From: Psammoneis japonica
Taxonomy: Eukaryota
Length of the DNA stretch: 64,000 bases
Direction of reading: 5' to 3'
NCBI GenBank assembly: GCA_008632985.1
Contig: QPGO01000013.1
Location: 434,001 to 498,000 of the forward strand
Positions 62,421 to 64,000 of the stretch are shown here, one piece after another. The first letter of the stretch is position 1; each line of letters begins with the position of its first letter. Under the pieces are notes generated by a model. The model ran no database searches, was not told the DNA's origin, and saw nothing but the letters and a program-made list of their open reading frames with translations. A program made the translations under genes and the position numbers.

Positions 62421-62734
62421 ATGGGTAAGAACAAGAGCAAGGCCGATGACGACATCAAGCTTTCCAAGTAAGTACCAGTGTAGCAGGATCGCGATCTTTT
62501 TTGTTCCAAGGAAAGATTTCAGTCGGTCGTTGTTTCATTGGCATTTGTACTCAACCTCTGGTACACGTCTACGTCTCGGTCGCTTTTGTCAACAGGAAGG
62601 ACCAAAAGAAGGTTGACAAGTTGACTGCCCAAATCCCATACCATCAAGGGCGTGGCAACACTGAAGAAGTCGAAAAAATCCAGCAGCAGATTGAAGACAT
62701 CTGGACAAAAACACGAGAAGCTGCTTACGCCTAA
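62421..62734 (+). CDS. Small basic/charged protein (~61 aa); intron 62469-62595
   Basis: ATG in ACCATGG context, GTAAGT..CAG intron, MGKNKSKADDDIKLSK|KDQKKVDKLTAQIPYHQGRGN... Confidence 0.65.
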
Positions 62735-63646
62735 GTGTGTAATACAGTTTTGAAGTTTAGAACGAGCGGAAGAGAGGCCTATTGTATAGATATGTCGAGA
62801 CGCTGGACGCGACGGTAGAAGGAGCCTCCTTTTTCGTGTGTACGAGTCGAAATAAATCTCTATAGACTTTTTGGTCGTTTTCGTGAAACACATCATGGCT
62901 TTTGCTCTCATCATATATCGTAGTCTATGAACGAATCGCCCGGAACTCTTTCATGTCGCTTTATGATCACGGCTTGGTGTTATGGCCACTCGGGTGCCAC
63001 CGTCTTATACCGTTGTTGTTGTTTTTTTCATCGGCACACCGCCATCGTCATACCGTACATGCATGGTCTTTTCACTTCTTCTGTTCAGTCGAGTCCAACC
63101 AAAGACAGACACGGACACCAAAAAAGTATCTTTCTTTTACACAGACAAATAGACTGTCTGTCGATCGTTCCACTGCTGTCCATCCCAGAGGTTCCACATC
63201 CCCGGAGCTCTCAGCTTTGTTGCTGTCGGCAAAAAGAAAAGAGAGTCATTGTTTTTGGTGGAATTGTTGCTCACCAACCAGCACCAAGACCATCATTCCA
63301 AGGGAACAACTCAGCCAAACAACGGCAGTTGCCGATGTGCTGGCAGCGCTTTTTTTTTGTCAAGAGGGGGGTGCCGCTTCCGTTGTGGAGAATGCGTGCC
63401 ATGTGTTGCCATTTTCTCTGAGTTTTTTGTTGCATGAAATGCCATGCTAAAAGTGATGTGGGGAAGCGACACAAGAAACACACACAAAAAGTGTGGCAGG
63501 GTGGGTGGTGGTTTTGAACCAGCCTCTTTGCAGCTTGCCAATGTGCACAAGGCTTTGCGCAAGCTGCAGGAGGATTTTGTTTGCAAGCTGGTTGCAAAAC
63601 TTGTTTGCAAACAAGTGTTTGTGAAATTTCAAGGGCCTCATGTTCA

Positions 63647-63890
63647 TCATGAGACCCCACAAATGCAGAGGGACCCTCCTGCAGAGCTCTGCGCGAATTT
63701 TTGCATGTGGCACTGAAACATGTAGCCTGCATGCGCAAAACTGGCACAGTTTCTATGACAAAAATCCGAAAAAACACCTGGTTCGCGAGACAGCTCTGGC
63801 ACAAAACCTGCGTGAACAGTCCCCATGCATTCAGGCAGAACTCTGCACATTTCCGGGTTGCGGGTCCCTCCGAATTTGTGGGGTCCCATG
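63647..63890. repeat. Imperfect ~29 bp inverted repeat pair inside a TpA-depleted tract
   Basis: CATGAGACCCCACAAATGCAGAGGGACCC versus the reverse complement of GGGTCCCTCCGAATTTGTGGGGTCCCATG. Confidence 0.6.
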
Positions 63891-64000
63891 ATGAATGTGG
63901 CTGCAAACTCGCTTGCAAACTGGTTGCAAACTGAAGAGCTGAAACAGCTTGCAGCTCAGTCAGTGTGCATGAATCGCGGGCATGGCATGATGGTGAGGAG

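Overview
Eukaryotic, intron-containing, gene-dense DNA, most likely a pennate diatom. The basis is bipartite signal+'AF' plastid presequences, plastid GapC1-type GAPDH, SLC4 transporters and short GT-AG introns. About 24 ordinary genes are interrupted by six tracts (~1-830, ~5100-6950, ~21950-24650, ~35260-38200, ~44290-53600, ~63060-64000) from which the dinucleotide TpA has almost vanished while TpG/CpA are over-represented. Two internal duplications give direct, polarised evidence that this is a mutational process, TpA->TpG/CpA (A:T->G:C in TpA context): a ~1.45 kb MTA/SAH-nucleosidase segment and a ~390 bp inverted-repeat element. The process hits transposon relics (a LINE whose RT motif reads HVDD) and leaks into neighbouring host genes (a 661-aa MYND/ankyrin ORF with a single Tyr). 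It behaves like a RIP-analogous genome-defence or hypermutation system with the opposite chemistry, and is the main candidate for an undescribed system here. Other points of interest: the ~390 bp element sitting at the centre of mutated zones, a micro-exon array with AAG acceptors in a Gly/Tyr/Asn-rich putative cell-wall protein, tandem SLC4 genes with a gene-conversion signature and CCRE-rich promoters, and TA-rich CTAG/AGAG intergenic islands. All counts were made by eye and are approximate; no database searches were run.
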